Source: Lewinellaceae bacterium (GTDB taxonomy: Bacteria > Bacteroidota > Bacteroidia > Chitinophagales > Saprospiraceae). Taken from it: a stretch of 64,000 bases of DNA. This document shows, in pieces, positions 9,847 through 18,352 of this stretch. The position numbers and the translations under genes are program-made. The notes beneath the pieces were generated by a model. The model did no database searches and was not told where the DNA came from. It worked only from the letters and a program-made list of their open reading frames with translations. The stretch spans positions 160,487 to 224,486 of the forward strand of contig JADJWX010000028.1 of assembly GCA_016716135.1 (NCBI GenBank), given 5' to 3'. The stretch's first letter is position 1; each line of letters starts with the position of its first letter.

Positions 9847-12800
9847 TTAAACATAGTTGTACAAATCTATAAACGCCCGGTATCGCGCATCTTCTTGCAA
9901 AACATCCGGATTGCCTATGACGATCACCTGCTCCCGGGCGCGGGTAAGCGCAACGTTCAATTTCCGATCGATGCCCTCATTGGAAAGATTGACCAGTTTG
10001 GCCAGCTGACTGCCCGCATGCACGCAGCAGGAAATCAGGATCACCTCCCGCGCGCCGCCCTGGTAGCGTTCCACGGTGTCGATGGTTTGCGCATCGGGGT
10101 CAAGCCCGGCTTCGGCGATTGCCTGCCGGATTTGTGCAATCTGCGCCCGCCAGGGTGTGATGATGCCCAGGCTGGTTTCCGGGTCCCAGGGTTTGCCCAT
10201 GGCAGCCCATTTTTCTTTGAAATGCCGGAGCAACTGCGCGACCATTCGGGCCTCCTCGGGCGCTGTTTTTTGATAGGGTAACGCATTATCAGCGCGCACC
10301 GGAATGAATTGGACGCGACGTGCCCAGGGCCCGGACAAGTCTGCTTGATCTTCCTGGAGTTGGCGGTGCTGCCTGTGCGTGTCGTCCGGTTCATCACCTG
10401 CCAGAGTTTGCAACTGGCCGTCGTAAAAATACCGGTTGGGAAAATCCATGATGTCGGCATGCATGCGGCCCTGGCGGTAGAGTTGGCCGTAGTTTTCGTC
10501 CAATCCATGCTGCTGGCAGATGCGATACAGCCGTTCGAAGTAGGAATCGCGCAGATCGAAGAGGCCAATGGCGTTTAACTCAGGATCGTCCACCCGGGTA
10601 AGTTCCGGGGCTTGCGCAGTCACGGCAGGTAGCTGCCGGTGGTCGCCGATGAGCACAAAATGCTCAAAGCGGGTGAGCAGGCCCACCAGTTGGGGTTCCA
10701 GAATTTGGGACGCTTCATCGACTACCAGTCGTTGTATTTTTTTGATCGCCAGCAGGTTTTCATTGTGCGCAAACGAAGCCACCGTGCTCACGATGATACG
10801 CCGGGGCTCCAAAATCGCCAGCAGTTCGGCCCGGTTTCCGGCATTGGCAGTGTGTGCGCTGAGCAGTTGGTCCCTAAACCTTTCGGCGGTGGAGAAGCGC
10901 GAACCGATGCGGAGGTATTGCGTGCGGATGTCGCCGCCGAGGCTGTCGAGCGCTTCGCAAATTTCGTCCACTGCCCGGTTGGTGTAGGCCAGTAGCAGCA
11001 GGTTGTCGGTGGTTTCGCGAAGTACCCAACCGGCCAGGTCGCGCAGCATGATGCTGGTTTTGCCGGTGCCGGGGGGGCCCCAGAGGAGGAAGAAGTTTTT
11101 GGCGTTGGCGATTTTTGGCAACCCCACCCCCATCCCCTCCCCCAGAGGGGAGGGGGGCTTGGCCTCGGGATTATTTTTGATGTTGGGAACCTTGGCCAAA
11201 TCTTTACGGCGTTTGGCAATGGTTTGGCGAAGGGAATCAAGTGTTTGGTTCGTTCGGTTTAGAATATCGGCATTTGTAAACCGAATTACTTCGAAACCGG
11301 CCAGTTGCAAAAACTCGGTTCGCAGAGCGTCCCATTCCGGTTGGAAATCGTGGATGTTACCATCCAGTTCAATAACCAGGCGAAATTCTAAACTGACAAA
11401 GTCCGCGATAAATTCTTCAATGGCGTGCTGGCGGCGAAACTTAACACCATCCAATTTTTTATCTCTGATTTTCTCCCAAAGTACAGTCTCTGCTTCCGTT
11501 TGATATTTTCGAAGATTGCGGCAAAAGCCCTTCAGATAGCGCCATCGTGCCATATCCGTAGTTTCCTGCGGCTGGCCAAAAGCGCCAATTTTCCTAACTT
11601 TTTCCGCATCAGGAGCCGAATCATACCCCGAATGCTTTGAAAATCCAGAGGGCAAGCCCCCCTCCCCCTTGGGGGAGGGGATGGGGGTGGGGTTGAGAAT
11701 CAGGGCGCGGTTTCCCGCCCCCGCCCACTCAAACAGCCCCCGGTACATCGCCGTGAACCCCATGTCCAGCATATCCGGTTCCAGGTTCCACAGGGCACTG
11801 GTTTCAAAGGGCTTCAGGTTGAACTGGCGGTAACGGAGTTGCACCGTCACCTGATCGGACTTGAGTTCCGTGATAATGCACTTGATCACCTGGTGGTCGA
11901 GCACGGTGTCGGTTTCCGTTTCGGCGGGGTAGAGCACGGCGATGTCGCCGACGCGGAAATTGGCCAGTGGATTGGTCATTTCCGTTTTTTGAAAAATAAT
12001 GCAGGGGTCGGCCTGATCCGCGCGGTTTTGCATAATTTTCAAATGGCTGAGAATAGCGTAGGCCTCTTGTTTTTCGGCAAAACTGCTCCGCCAAAGCGCG
12101 GCATTACCATTGACGGTATCGCTGTTTTCTTCACCCACTTTGGCCAACCACTGCTCGCGGGCAATGAGGCCGCAAAAGGCGTTGAAATATTTTTTCTCCA
12201 GCGAATTAAGTTTGCCGTAGGCGGCCTCAAACTGGCCGAAATCGCGCTGTAAAAAATCGCCCTGCGGCGCCTTGTCAGCCCGAAGGCGCTGAAGCAACGG
12301 CACCTCAACATCGCCCGGACGGATAGCCGCCAGCAGGCGCTCGATGCCCACCAGGTGGTTGCGCACTTGCAGGGCCTCCCACTGCTCGGGCGCCACGGTA
12401 GGGGCAAAACGCAGTTGCTGCACGTCCATACCCGAGTACAGAATGTACTTGGCCGGGTCGGCCTGGGCGCCGTACACCGAGCGCACAAGCAGATCGTAGA
12501 GCAGGGTCTGCGTGAAATGGCTGCGTTGGATGCCGTAGGCATTGGGCCGGTACGGGGTGCCGCTTTTCAATTCGACGATGGCCGAGCGGTCATCCTGCCG
12601 GAAAAACAGATCGAGGCGGCCCTGCAGGCCAAATTGTTCGCTGTAAAATGTGGGCTCCAACACACAATCGGCGGGGTCGATCTGTTGCTGGGCCAACCCG
12701 GTTTGCGCCATGTATTTCAGGTTCAGGTAATGTTTTTGGGCTTTGCCCAAAATTTCGCGCACTTTGGCGTCGGGCATCGGCGCAAACACGAAGGGATAGG

Positions 12801-13698
12801 CCTGAAAACTTTCGCGCAGCAATTCCGTGTAATCGGCATCGGGTTGAGTCAGCAGCCTGTCGAGGAAAAGGTTGGCTATGTTTCCCAACAGGATGGGCGG
12901 CGTTTGCTCATAAGGCAAAAACTTTTTCACGAGGTAGGCCAGCGGCTGGGCGCCACTTACTTTGAAACACTCGGAAATCGCCGAAACGTCCATCAGAAAA
13001 TCGGGCTCCACCACGAAAGCGCGCGGTCGGTAGTAGCCCTGCTGGTCCACGTCCACATCGAGCAGGTTGAGCGTGACCGGGAAGCCGAACACCGTGCGCA
13101 AAAGCCGGATGGTGGGGTTGAAACTGTCGTTGCGTTCGGGCAGGTTGTAGCGCACGCGCACCGGCTCGAAGGGGTTTTCTTCATCGAAGGCGAAAAAAAA
13201 GTGTTGCTCCGGTTCGTCGCGCACGGCCACCACGCGGGCGCGGGCCTTGTAGTCCCAGATTTCGGGTGCGGCAAACTGCCATTCGCCTTCGGCCGGGAAA
13301 TGCGCCAGCACTTCCGGGGGAATTGCCGTTTTGAAAAAGATCAGGATGGTTTCGGCCAGGACTTGCACGCCGAGGTGCACATGCCGCGCTTCGATGCCTT
13401 GCTCCTGTCCCGACCGTACCCGCCCGGCGATGCGCCGGAAATGGTGGATGCGTTGCAGGGTTTCGGGCTGAATCTGAAATTGGTGGCCGGCGTAGCTGAT
13501 GCGGGCGAAAAGGGTGCTGAAGGCCAGCTGCTCCTGCCGGGTCGCTTCGAAGAAAAGGCGTTCCAGCAAGGTGGCCAGGGCCAGCACTTTTTCGCGCGGC
13601 GCCCAGTGGGCATGCGCGGCGATTTTTACCAGTTCGCGGTAGAGTAATGGCGCGGTTTCGGGTGGCATTGGGCGAAGATACGACAGCGATCTTTGCAA
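9847..13698 (-). CDS. PD-(D/E)XK (Cas4/AddB-like) nuclease fused to a Dna2/Upf1-like SF1 helicase, carrying an in-frame DUF559 insertion
   Basis: The nuclease motif is GRLDLFFRQDDRSAIVELKSG...QTLLY. Helicase motifs are LLWGPPGTGKTS, LLLAYTNRAVDE, VVDEASQILEP, LIGDHRQLPAV, RQGRMH, ITPWRAQ, VERYQGGAREVILIS and LNVALTRAREQVIVIG. The ORF is a single open frame of 1283 codons. Confidence 0.85.
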   Translation of the reverse strand: MQRSLSYLRPMPPETAPLLYRELVKIAAHAHWAPREKVLALATLLERLFFEATRQEQLAFSTLFARISYAGHQFQIQPETLQRIHHFRRIAGRVRSGQEQGIEARHVHLGVQVLAETILIFFKTAIPPEVLAHFPAEGEWQFAAPEIWDYKARARVVAVRDEPEQHFFFAFDEENPFEPVRVRYNLPERNDSFNPTIRLLRTVFGFPVTLNLLDVDVDQQGYYRPRAFVVEPDFLMDVSAISECFKVSGAQPLAYLVKKFLPYEQTPPILLGNIANLFLDRLLTQPDADYTELLRESFQAYPFVFAPMPDAKVREILGKAQKHYLNLKYMAQTGLAQQQIDPADCVLEPTFYSEQFGLQGRLDLFFRQDDRSAIVELKSGTPYRPNAYGIQRSHFTQTLLYDLLVRSVYGAQADPAKYILYSGMDVQQLRFAPTVAPEQWEALQVRNHLVGIERLLAAIRPGDVEVPLLQRLRADKAPQGDFLQRDFGQFEAAYGKLNSLEKKYFNAFCGLIAREQWLAKVGEENSDTVNGNAALWRSSFAEKQEAYAILSHLKIMQNRADQADPCIIFQKTEMTNPLANFRVGDIAVLYPAETETDTVLDHQVIKCIITELKSDQVTVQLRYRQFNLKPFETSALWNLEPDMLDMGFTAMYRGLFEWAGAGNRALILNPTPIPSPKGEGGLPSGFSKHSGYDSAPDAEKVRKIGAFGQPQETTDMARWRYLKGFCRNLRKYQTEAETVLWEKIRDKKLDGVKFRRQHAIEEFIADFVSLEFRLVIELDGNIHDFQPEWDALRTEFLQLAGFEVIRFTNADILNRTNQTLDSLRQTIAKRRKDLAKVPNIKNNPEAKPPSPLGEGMGVGLPKIANAKNFFLLWGPPGTGKTSIMLRDLAGWVLRETTDNLLLLAYTNRAVDEICEALDSLGGDIRTQYLRIGSRFSTAERFRDQLLSAHTANAGNRAELLAILEPRRIIVSTVASFAHNENLLAIKKIQRLVVDEASQILEPQLVGLLTRFEHFVLIGDHRQLPAVTAQAPELTRVDDPELNAIGLFDLRDSYFERLYRICQQHGLDENYGQLYRQGRMHADIMDFPNRYFYDGQLQTLAGDEPDDTHRQHRQLQEDQADLSGPWARRVQFIPVRADNALPYQKTAPEEARMVAQLLRHFKEKWAAMGKPWDPETSLGIITPWRAQIAQIRQAIAEAGLDPDAQTIDTVERYQGGAREVILISCCVHAGSQLAKLVNLSNEGIDRKLNVALTRAREQVIVIGNPDVLQEDARYRAFIDLYNYV
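11119..11157. repeat. Left terminal inverted repeat of the DUF559 element (hairpin plus a G4 motif on the - strand)
   Basis: It is the reverse complement of 11657-11695 except in the 3-nt hairpin loop (aga versus aag). It is translated as PPSPLGEGMGVGL in the host frame. Confidence 0.9.
11657..11695. repeat. Right terminal inverted repeat of the DUF559 element (hairpin plus a G4 motif on the + strand)
   Basis: GGGGG-A-GGGG-AT-GGGGG-T-GGGG lies at 11671-11692. It is translated as NPTPIPSPKGEGG in the host frame. Confidence 0.9.
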
Positions 13699-13737
13699 AA
13701 AGCAGGGGGGAGCAGTGCCAAATGGGTATGATAGGCC

Positions 13738-14787
13738 TTAAGCCTTTCCCTCCAAATCCTTCAAAATCCGCTCCAGCGTCCGCACTTTCTTCTGCAGATC
13801 GGGCAGGTTTTTGAACACCACATAAGCCCGCACGTAGTCGTTGTAGTCGATGGCGGGAGCGCCGAAAAGCGCCTGGTCGGGCTTTTTAATGGAGGAGGCG
13901 ATGCCGCTTTGCGCCTGCACGCGGGTGCCGTCGGCGATGGTCAGGTGGCCGGCCACGCCGGTTTGGCCGCCGAGCTGCACGTTTTCGCCGATTTTGGTAC
14001 TGCCGGCCACGCCCACCTGGGCTGCCATCACGGAGTTTTTGCCTACTTCCACATTGTGGGCGATATGCACCAGATTGTCGATCTTGACACCGGTGTGCAG
14101 GGTGGTGCTGCCCAGGGCTGCCCGGTCGATGCAGGCATTCGCGCCGACCTCGACGTTGTTTTCCAAAATAACATTGCCGACGTGCGGCACTTTTTTCCAG
14201 GACTTGTCTTCCTGCGGGGCAAAACCAAAGCCGTCGGCGCCGATGACCGCGTTGGCATGCAGCACGCAGTTGTCGCCGATCACGCAGCTGTGGTGGATGC
14301 GGACGCCGGGAAAAAGTTTGCAGTTGTTGCCGATCCGCACATTGCGACCGATGAACACCTGCGGGTAAATCGTGCAATTTTCGCCAATGCTGCTACCTGC
14401 TTCCACTACCGTGAACGCGCCCACCGCAGTTTGTACACCGACCTGTACATCGGGGTGTACACAGGCTTGCGGGTCTATCTGGGCGGGAGCACCGTTGGGC
14501 GAAACGATGTCGTTGAATTTTTCCAGCAAAAAGGCCAGGCTGCTCCGCACGTCATCCACCCGGATCAGGGTGGCGGCCACGGGTTGCGTCGGCCGGAAAT
14601 TCTTGTTTACCAACAAAATAGAGGCCTTGGTGGAGTAGGCGTATGGCTCGTATTTGGGATTGTCGAGAAATGCAAAATCGCCTTCCCGGGCCTCCTCGAT
14701 GCGTGCGGGTTGCCGGACGGTCGCGTCGGGATTTCCCTCCAGGGTACCGTCAAGAAGTTGGGCAAGTTGTGCGGCCGTAATGTCCAT
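13738..14787 (-). CDS. lpxD: UDP-3-O-acylglucosamine N-acyltransferase
   Basis: 349 aa with an N-terminal LpxD domain (MDITAAQLAQLLDGTLEGNPD...FLDNPKYEPY). Long hexapeptide-repeat left-handed beta-helix segments follow. Confidence 0.9.
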   Translation of the reverse strand: MDITAAQLAQLLDGTLEGNPDATVRQPARIEEAREGDFAFLDNPKYEPYAYSTKASILLVNKNFRPTQPVAATLIRVDDVRSSLAFLLEKFNDIVSPNGAPAQIDPQACVHPDVQVGVQTAVGAFTVVEAGSSIGENCTIYPQVFIGRNVRIGNNCKLFPGVRIHHSCVIGDNCVLHANAVIGADGFGFAPQEDKSWKKVPHVGNVILENNVEVGANACIDRAALGSTTLHTGVKIDNLVHIAHNVEVGKNSVMAAQVGVAGSTKIGENVQLGGQTGVAGHLTIADGTRVQAQSGIASSIKKPDQALFGAPAIDYNDYVRAYVVFKNLPDLQKKVRTLERILKDLEGKA

Positions 14788-14907
14788 GCCGGGCTAAAAA
14801 TTGGCGTTTTTTTAAAATAAAAAAGTCGTTGACAAAAAGTCGGGCAAAGGTAAGGATTAAGTCGAAAGTCCACTGTCGAAAGTGTACATTGCCCGGGATT
14901 GTTGTTT

Positions 14908-16215
14908 TCAGGCCTGCAGCCGGGCGCCCAAAACGTCCAGCAAAGCCTGCACCTTGAGCAAGCACTCCTGGTACTCCTCTTCGGGCGTGGAATCATACAC
15001 GATAGCGCCGCCTACCTGGCAGGAAATGTAGTGGTTAGCCGCATTGTACAAAATGCTGCGAATGACCACATTAAAGTCAAAATCGCCGGCCGGCGTGAAG
15101 TATCCGACTGCGCCCGAATACAGTCCGCGGCGGCTGCGTTCGTAGTGTTCGATCAGTTCCATGGCCATCACTTTTGGGGCGCCGGTCATGCTGCCCATCG
15201 GGAAAGCGTCGCGGATAGCCACCACCGGGTGAGTGCCAGGCCGGAGGGTGCCGGTAATGGTGGAGATCATCTGATAAACCGTTTGGAAACCGTAGATCCC
15301 AAACAATTCTTCCACCTGCACCGAGCCGGGCTGGCAGTGGCGGGCGAGGTCGTTGCGCACCAGGTCGACGATCATCACGTTTTCCGCCCGGTCTTTGATG
15401 CTCGTCCGCAGGGCCTCGCGGATAAGCGCGTCCTCGGCCGGGTCGGAGTGGCGGCGGCGGGTGCCTTTGATGGGTTGGGAAACCAGGAGGTCGCCCGTTT
15501 TTCGCAAAAACCGCTCGGGGCTTGCGCAGAGCAGGTAGTGGTTTTGCTTGCGCAAATAGGCGGCAAAAGGCGCCTGGGCGCGGGCATTCAGGCGCTCGAA
15601 GGTGGGCAAGGGAATCAGGGTTGAATTTTCGGCATAAAACTCCTGGCAGAGATTCAACTCGTACACATCGCCCTCCACAATGTGCCCACGCACGGCTTCC
15701 ACGGCTTGCAGGTAGTCGGCCTTGGGCAGGCGGGGGTGGAGCAGCCTGGAATGGGCAGGTTCATCGGCAGGTTGGGGAATTGTATTTTGAATGGCGGCCC
15801 ATACCCGCTCCGGGGTTTCGATAAGCGAAAAAATCGTGAGTTGGTGCAGGTTTTCGCTGGATATTCCCACCACCATTTCCGGTTGAAAAAAATACAGGTC
15901 GGGCAGGCCGAGTCCGTCGGGATTTTGAGATTGCAGGGCTTCCACTTCGTTTTTCAGATCGTAGCCCAAAAAGCCGAACAGCCAGTCCTGTTTTTGTTTG
16001 GCGAACGCCTGCAACCCCGGAAATGCCTGTCCGGCAGTTGCCTGAAAGCTGTCGGCGGCCCCAACAGCCACGAGGCATTCCCAGCTGCGGTGTTGTTGGT
16101 GGGGGTAGCTGTTGCTGTCGAGGTATACACACACGGGGTGCCGGCTGGCCCAGTGGAGGAGCTGTTTTTTGGCGGTTGCCAGGTTGTTGATTTGGAAGTG
16201 GGCTACTTGACGCAT
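14908..16215 (-). CDS. pabB: Aminodeoxychorismate synthase component I (chorismate-binding enzyme)
   Basis: It contains MIVDLVRNDLAR, AFPMGSMTGAPKVMAMELIEHYE, RGLYSGAVGYF and GGAIVYDSTPEEEYQE. At 435 aa it fits PabB rather than TrpE. Confidence 0.8.
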   Translation of the reverse strand: MRQVAHFQINNLATAKKQLLHWASRHPVCVYLDSNSYPHQQHRSWECLVAVGAADSFQATAGQAFPGLQAFAKQKQDWLFGFLGYDLKNEVEALQSQNPDGLGLPDLYFFQPEMVVGISSENLHQLTIFSLIETPERVWAAIQNTIPQPADEPAHSRLLHPRLPKADYLQAVEAVRGHIVEGDVYELNLCQEFYAENSTLIPLPTFERLNARAQAPFAAYLRKQNHYLLCASPERFLRKTGDLLVSQPIKGTRRRHSDPAEDALIREALRTSIKDRAENVMIVDLVRNDLARHCQPGSVQVEELFGIYGFQTVYQMISTITGTLRPGTHPVVAIRDAFPMGSMTGAPKVMAMELIEHYERSRRGLYSGAVGYFTPAGDFDFNVVIRSILYNAANHYISCQVGGAIVYDSTPEEEYQECLLKVQALLDVLGARLQA

Positions 16216-16224
16216 AGGTTTTGA

Positions 16225-16884
16225 TTACGGGTTGCGGGCCAATGCAATACCTTCCGGCCAATCGAGCGTCCGGGCTTCTTCGGGGCTGGTTTTCCAAAGT
16301 TGGGCTTTCAGGTCCAGCAGTTTTTCTTCAAAGGCTCCCCGGCGGATGCCCAGGGTTAGTTGAACGCCGGTGTCGGTGTAGTTTTCTTGGAGCGTTTCCA
16401 ACTGCAGTTTCTTTATTGCATTGATCAGGTCGGGTACCCGGGCATAATTTGCCTCGAGGTTTATGTTTTCAAAAACAATTTTTTCAACAATTTCCGCATG
16501 TCCGATCGCATCGGCGGCGCTTTCCCGGTAGGCCTGTATGAGGCCGGATGCGCCGAGCAAGGTGCCGCCAAAATAGCGCACCACCACCACTACTACATCG
16601 GTAAGACCCGCGGAGTCAATTTGCCCAAGGATGGGTTTTCCGGCGGTGCCGGAGGGTTCGCCATCGTCGTTGGCGCGGAAACGCAGGCCGTCGAGCCCGA
16701 AGCGCCAGGCAAAACAATGGTGCCTAGCCTTGAAATGTTCCTTCCGGAGCGCCTCCACCCGGGCCATCGCCTCTTCCTCCGAGGTGCAGGGGTAGGCATA
16801 GGCAAAAAACTTGCTGCCCCGGTCTTTGAAGGCGCCGGTGCTGGGAGCGGCGAGGGTATGGAAGGAGTCGGGTAATTCGGTCAT
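16225..16884 (-). CDS. yigZ: YigZ/IMPACT family protein
   Basis: FKDRGSKFFAYAYPCTSEEEAMARVEALRKEHFKARHHCFAWRFG is a typical UPF0029 N-terminal domain. Confidence 0.8.
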   Translation of the reverse strand: MTELPDSFHTLAAPSTGAFKDRGSKFFAYAYPCTSEEEAMARVEALRKEHFKARHHCFAWRFGLDGLRFRANDDGEPSGTAGKPILGQIDSAGLTDVVVVVVRYFGGTLLGASGLIQAYRESAADAIGHAEIVEKIVFENINLEANYARVPDLINAIKKLQLETLQENYTDTGVQLTLGIRRGAFEEKLLDLKAQLWKTSPEEARTLDWPEGIALARNP

Positions 16885-17081
16885 AGTTTGAGGATGCGCT
16901 TGTTCGTTCTGCCCTGTGAAGGGGGTAGGCTATTCGAAAATTTCAATTTTCACTTTTTAACCAACAGAAAGTCAATTTCTTATAATCAAATTAAATTTCA
17001 AAAAATGTATTGAGGCAAGTTTTTTTTAAATCAAAAAGTTTCAATTTTATGCTGCGCTCGAAATAACCTAAAACAAAAAAT

Positions 17082-18350
17082 ATGCGTGAAGACTTCCTGC
17101 ATTTCCTCTGGCGCTGGCGCCGATTTGATGCACAAAACCTTCAAACCACAGATGGCGAAGCCCTCGAAGTACTGCACCCGGGCGAGTTGAACTCGAACGC
17201 AGGCCCTGATTTTTTCAACGCCCGCATTCGACTGGGTACCACCCTCTGGGCCGGAAATGTCGAAATGCACCTCAACGCTTCCGACTGGCTTACCCACGAC
17301 CACCACACCGACCCGGCCTACGACAATGTGATTTTGCATGTGGTGCTCGACGAAGACCAACGGCTGCAACGGCCCAATGGCACACCGCTGCCCTGCCTGG
17401 AACTCCGCCAACGCATCCCGCCGGGTTTGCTCGACAAATATAACCGCCTGACGCATGAGCGGACCTGGATTCCCTGTGCGCGAACATACGCTGAAATTCC
17501 GGGGCTGATCCGGCAAAACTGGCTGGATCGGCTGCTTGTCGAGCGCCTGGAACAAAAAACCGCGCTGGTGGCCCAATTGGTATCGGCCTGCGGGCAGGAC
17601 TGGGAGGAAGCCTTTTACCGGATGCTGGCGCGCAATTTTGGATTAAAAATAAATACCGAACCATTTGAAACGCTGGCGCAAATACTGCCGCGCCGCTTGC
17701 TGGCGCGGCACAGCGATAATTTGCTTCAACTGGAGGCATTGCTCTTCGGCCAGGCAGGTTTGCTCGACGAAAATTTTGCCGACGATTACCCCAAAGCAGT
17801 GGCCAAGGAGTACCGGTTTTTACAGCACAAATACGAATTGCAGCCGATGCCGGCCGGGCAGTGGAAATTTTTTCGGCTGCGGCCAACAGGTTTTCCAACG
17901 GTTCGTCTGGCTCAGTTTGCTGCCTTGCTACACGGTTCGGCACAGTTGTTCAGCCGTGTACTCGACGCGCGGAATACCGGCGAAACAGCCCAATTATTTA
18001 CGGCCGAACCCAGCAATTACTGGCATACCCATTTCCGATTTGATAAAACGGCTGCTAAACGAACCGGGCCGCCGGGCCGCGAATTTGTACATTTGCTGCT
18101 CATTAATACCGTTGCGCCGTTTTTGTTTTACTACGGCCAGGTGAAGGGACGGACGGATATTCAAGACCGCAGTTTGCAGTTGCTCGAAGATTTGCCGCCG
18201 GAAGCAAATACTGTGATTGCCACTTGGGCCGAAATGGGCCAACAAGCAGGCAACGCCGCCGGTACGCAAGCGCTCCTTCACTTGAAATCGCAGTATTGCG
18301 ATGCCGGCCGTTGCCTGGAATGCGCCATCGGTACCGCTATTTTACGCTGA
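17082..18350 (+). CDS. DUF2851 family protein
   Basis: MREDFLHFLWRWRRFD...GELNSNAGPDFFNARIRLGTTLWAGNVEMHLNASDW matches my memory of DUF2851. Confidence 0.7.
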   Translation: MREDFLHFLWRWRRFDAQNLQTTDGEALEVLHPGELNSNAGPDFFNARIRLGTTLWAGNVEMHLNASDWLTHDHHTDPAYDNVILHVVLDEDQRLQRPNGTPLPCLELRQRIPPGLLDKYNRLTHERTWIPCARTYAEIPGLIRQNWLDRLLVERLEQKTALVAQLVSACGQDWEEAFYRMLARNFGLKINTEPFETLAQILPRRLLARHSDNLLQLEALLFGQAGLLDENFADDYPKAVAKEYRFLQHKYELQPMPAGQWKFFRLRPTGFPTVRLAQFAALLHGSAQLFSRVLDARNTGETAQLFTAEPSNYWHTHFRFDKTAAKRTGPPGREFVHLLLINTVAPFLFYYGQVKGRTDIQDRSLQLLEDLPPEANTVIATWAEMGQQAGNAAGTQALLHLKSQYCDAGRCLECAIGTAILR

Positions 18351-18352
18351 TC

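Larger units (their letters stand above)
11119..11695 (-). mobile_element. DUF559 (Vsr-like endonuclease) element with 39-nt terminal inverted repeats, inserted in frame in the helicase gene
   Basis: The internal sequence is MARWRYLKGFCRNLRKYQTEAETVLWEKIRDKKLDGVKFRRQHAIEEFIADFVSLEFRLVIELDGNIHDFQPEWDALRTEFLQLAGFEVIRFTNADIL, the DUF559 pattern E..LW...R....F.RQ....y..DF......l.iE.DG..H.....D..R...L...G..v.RF. The flanking repeats are caaccccacccccatcccctcccccagaggggagggggg and cccccctcccccttgggggaggggatgggggtggggttg. Confidence 0.8.

Noticed and set aside
11119-11695. Intein interpretation of the in-frame insertion
   Set aside because: There is no Cys, Ser or Thr at the upstream junction and no His-Asn plus Cys/Ser/Thr at the downstream junction. 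The endonuclease is Vsr-like (DUF559), not LAGLIDADG or HNH. The insert is bounded by DNA-level inverted repeats, which inteins do not have.
12355-13647. 430-aa + strand ORF inside the helicase gene
   Set aside because: It is antisense to a well-supported 1283-codon ORF and has no motifs.
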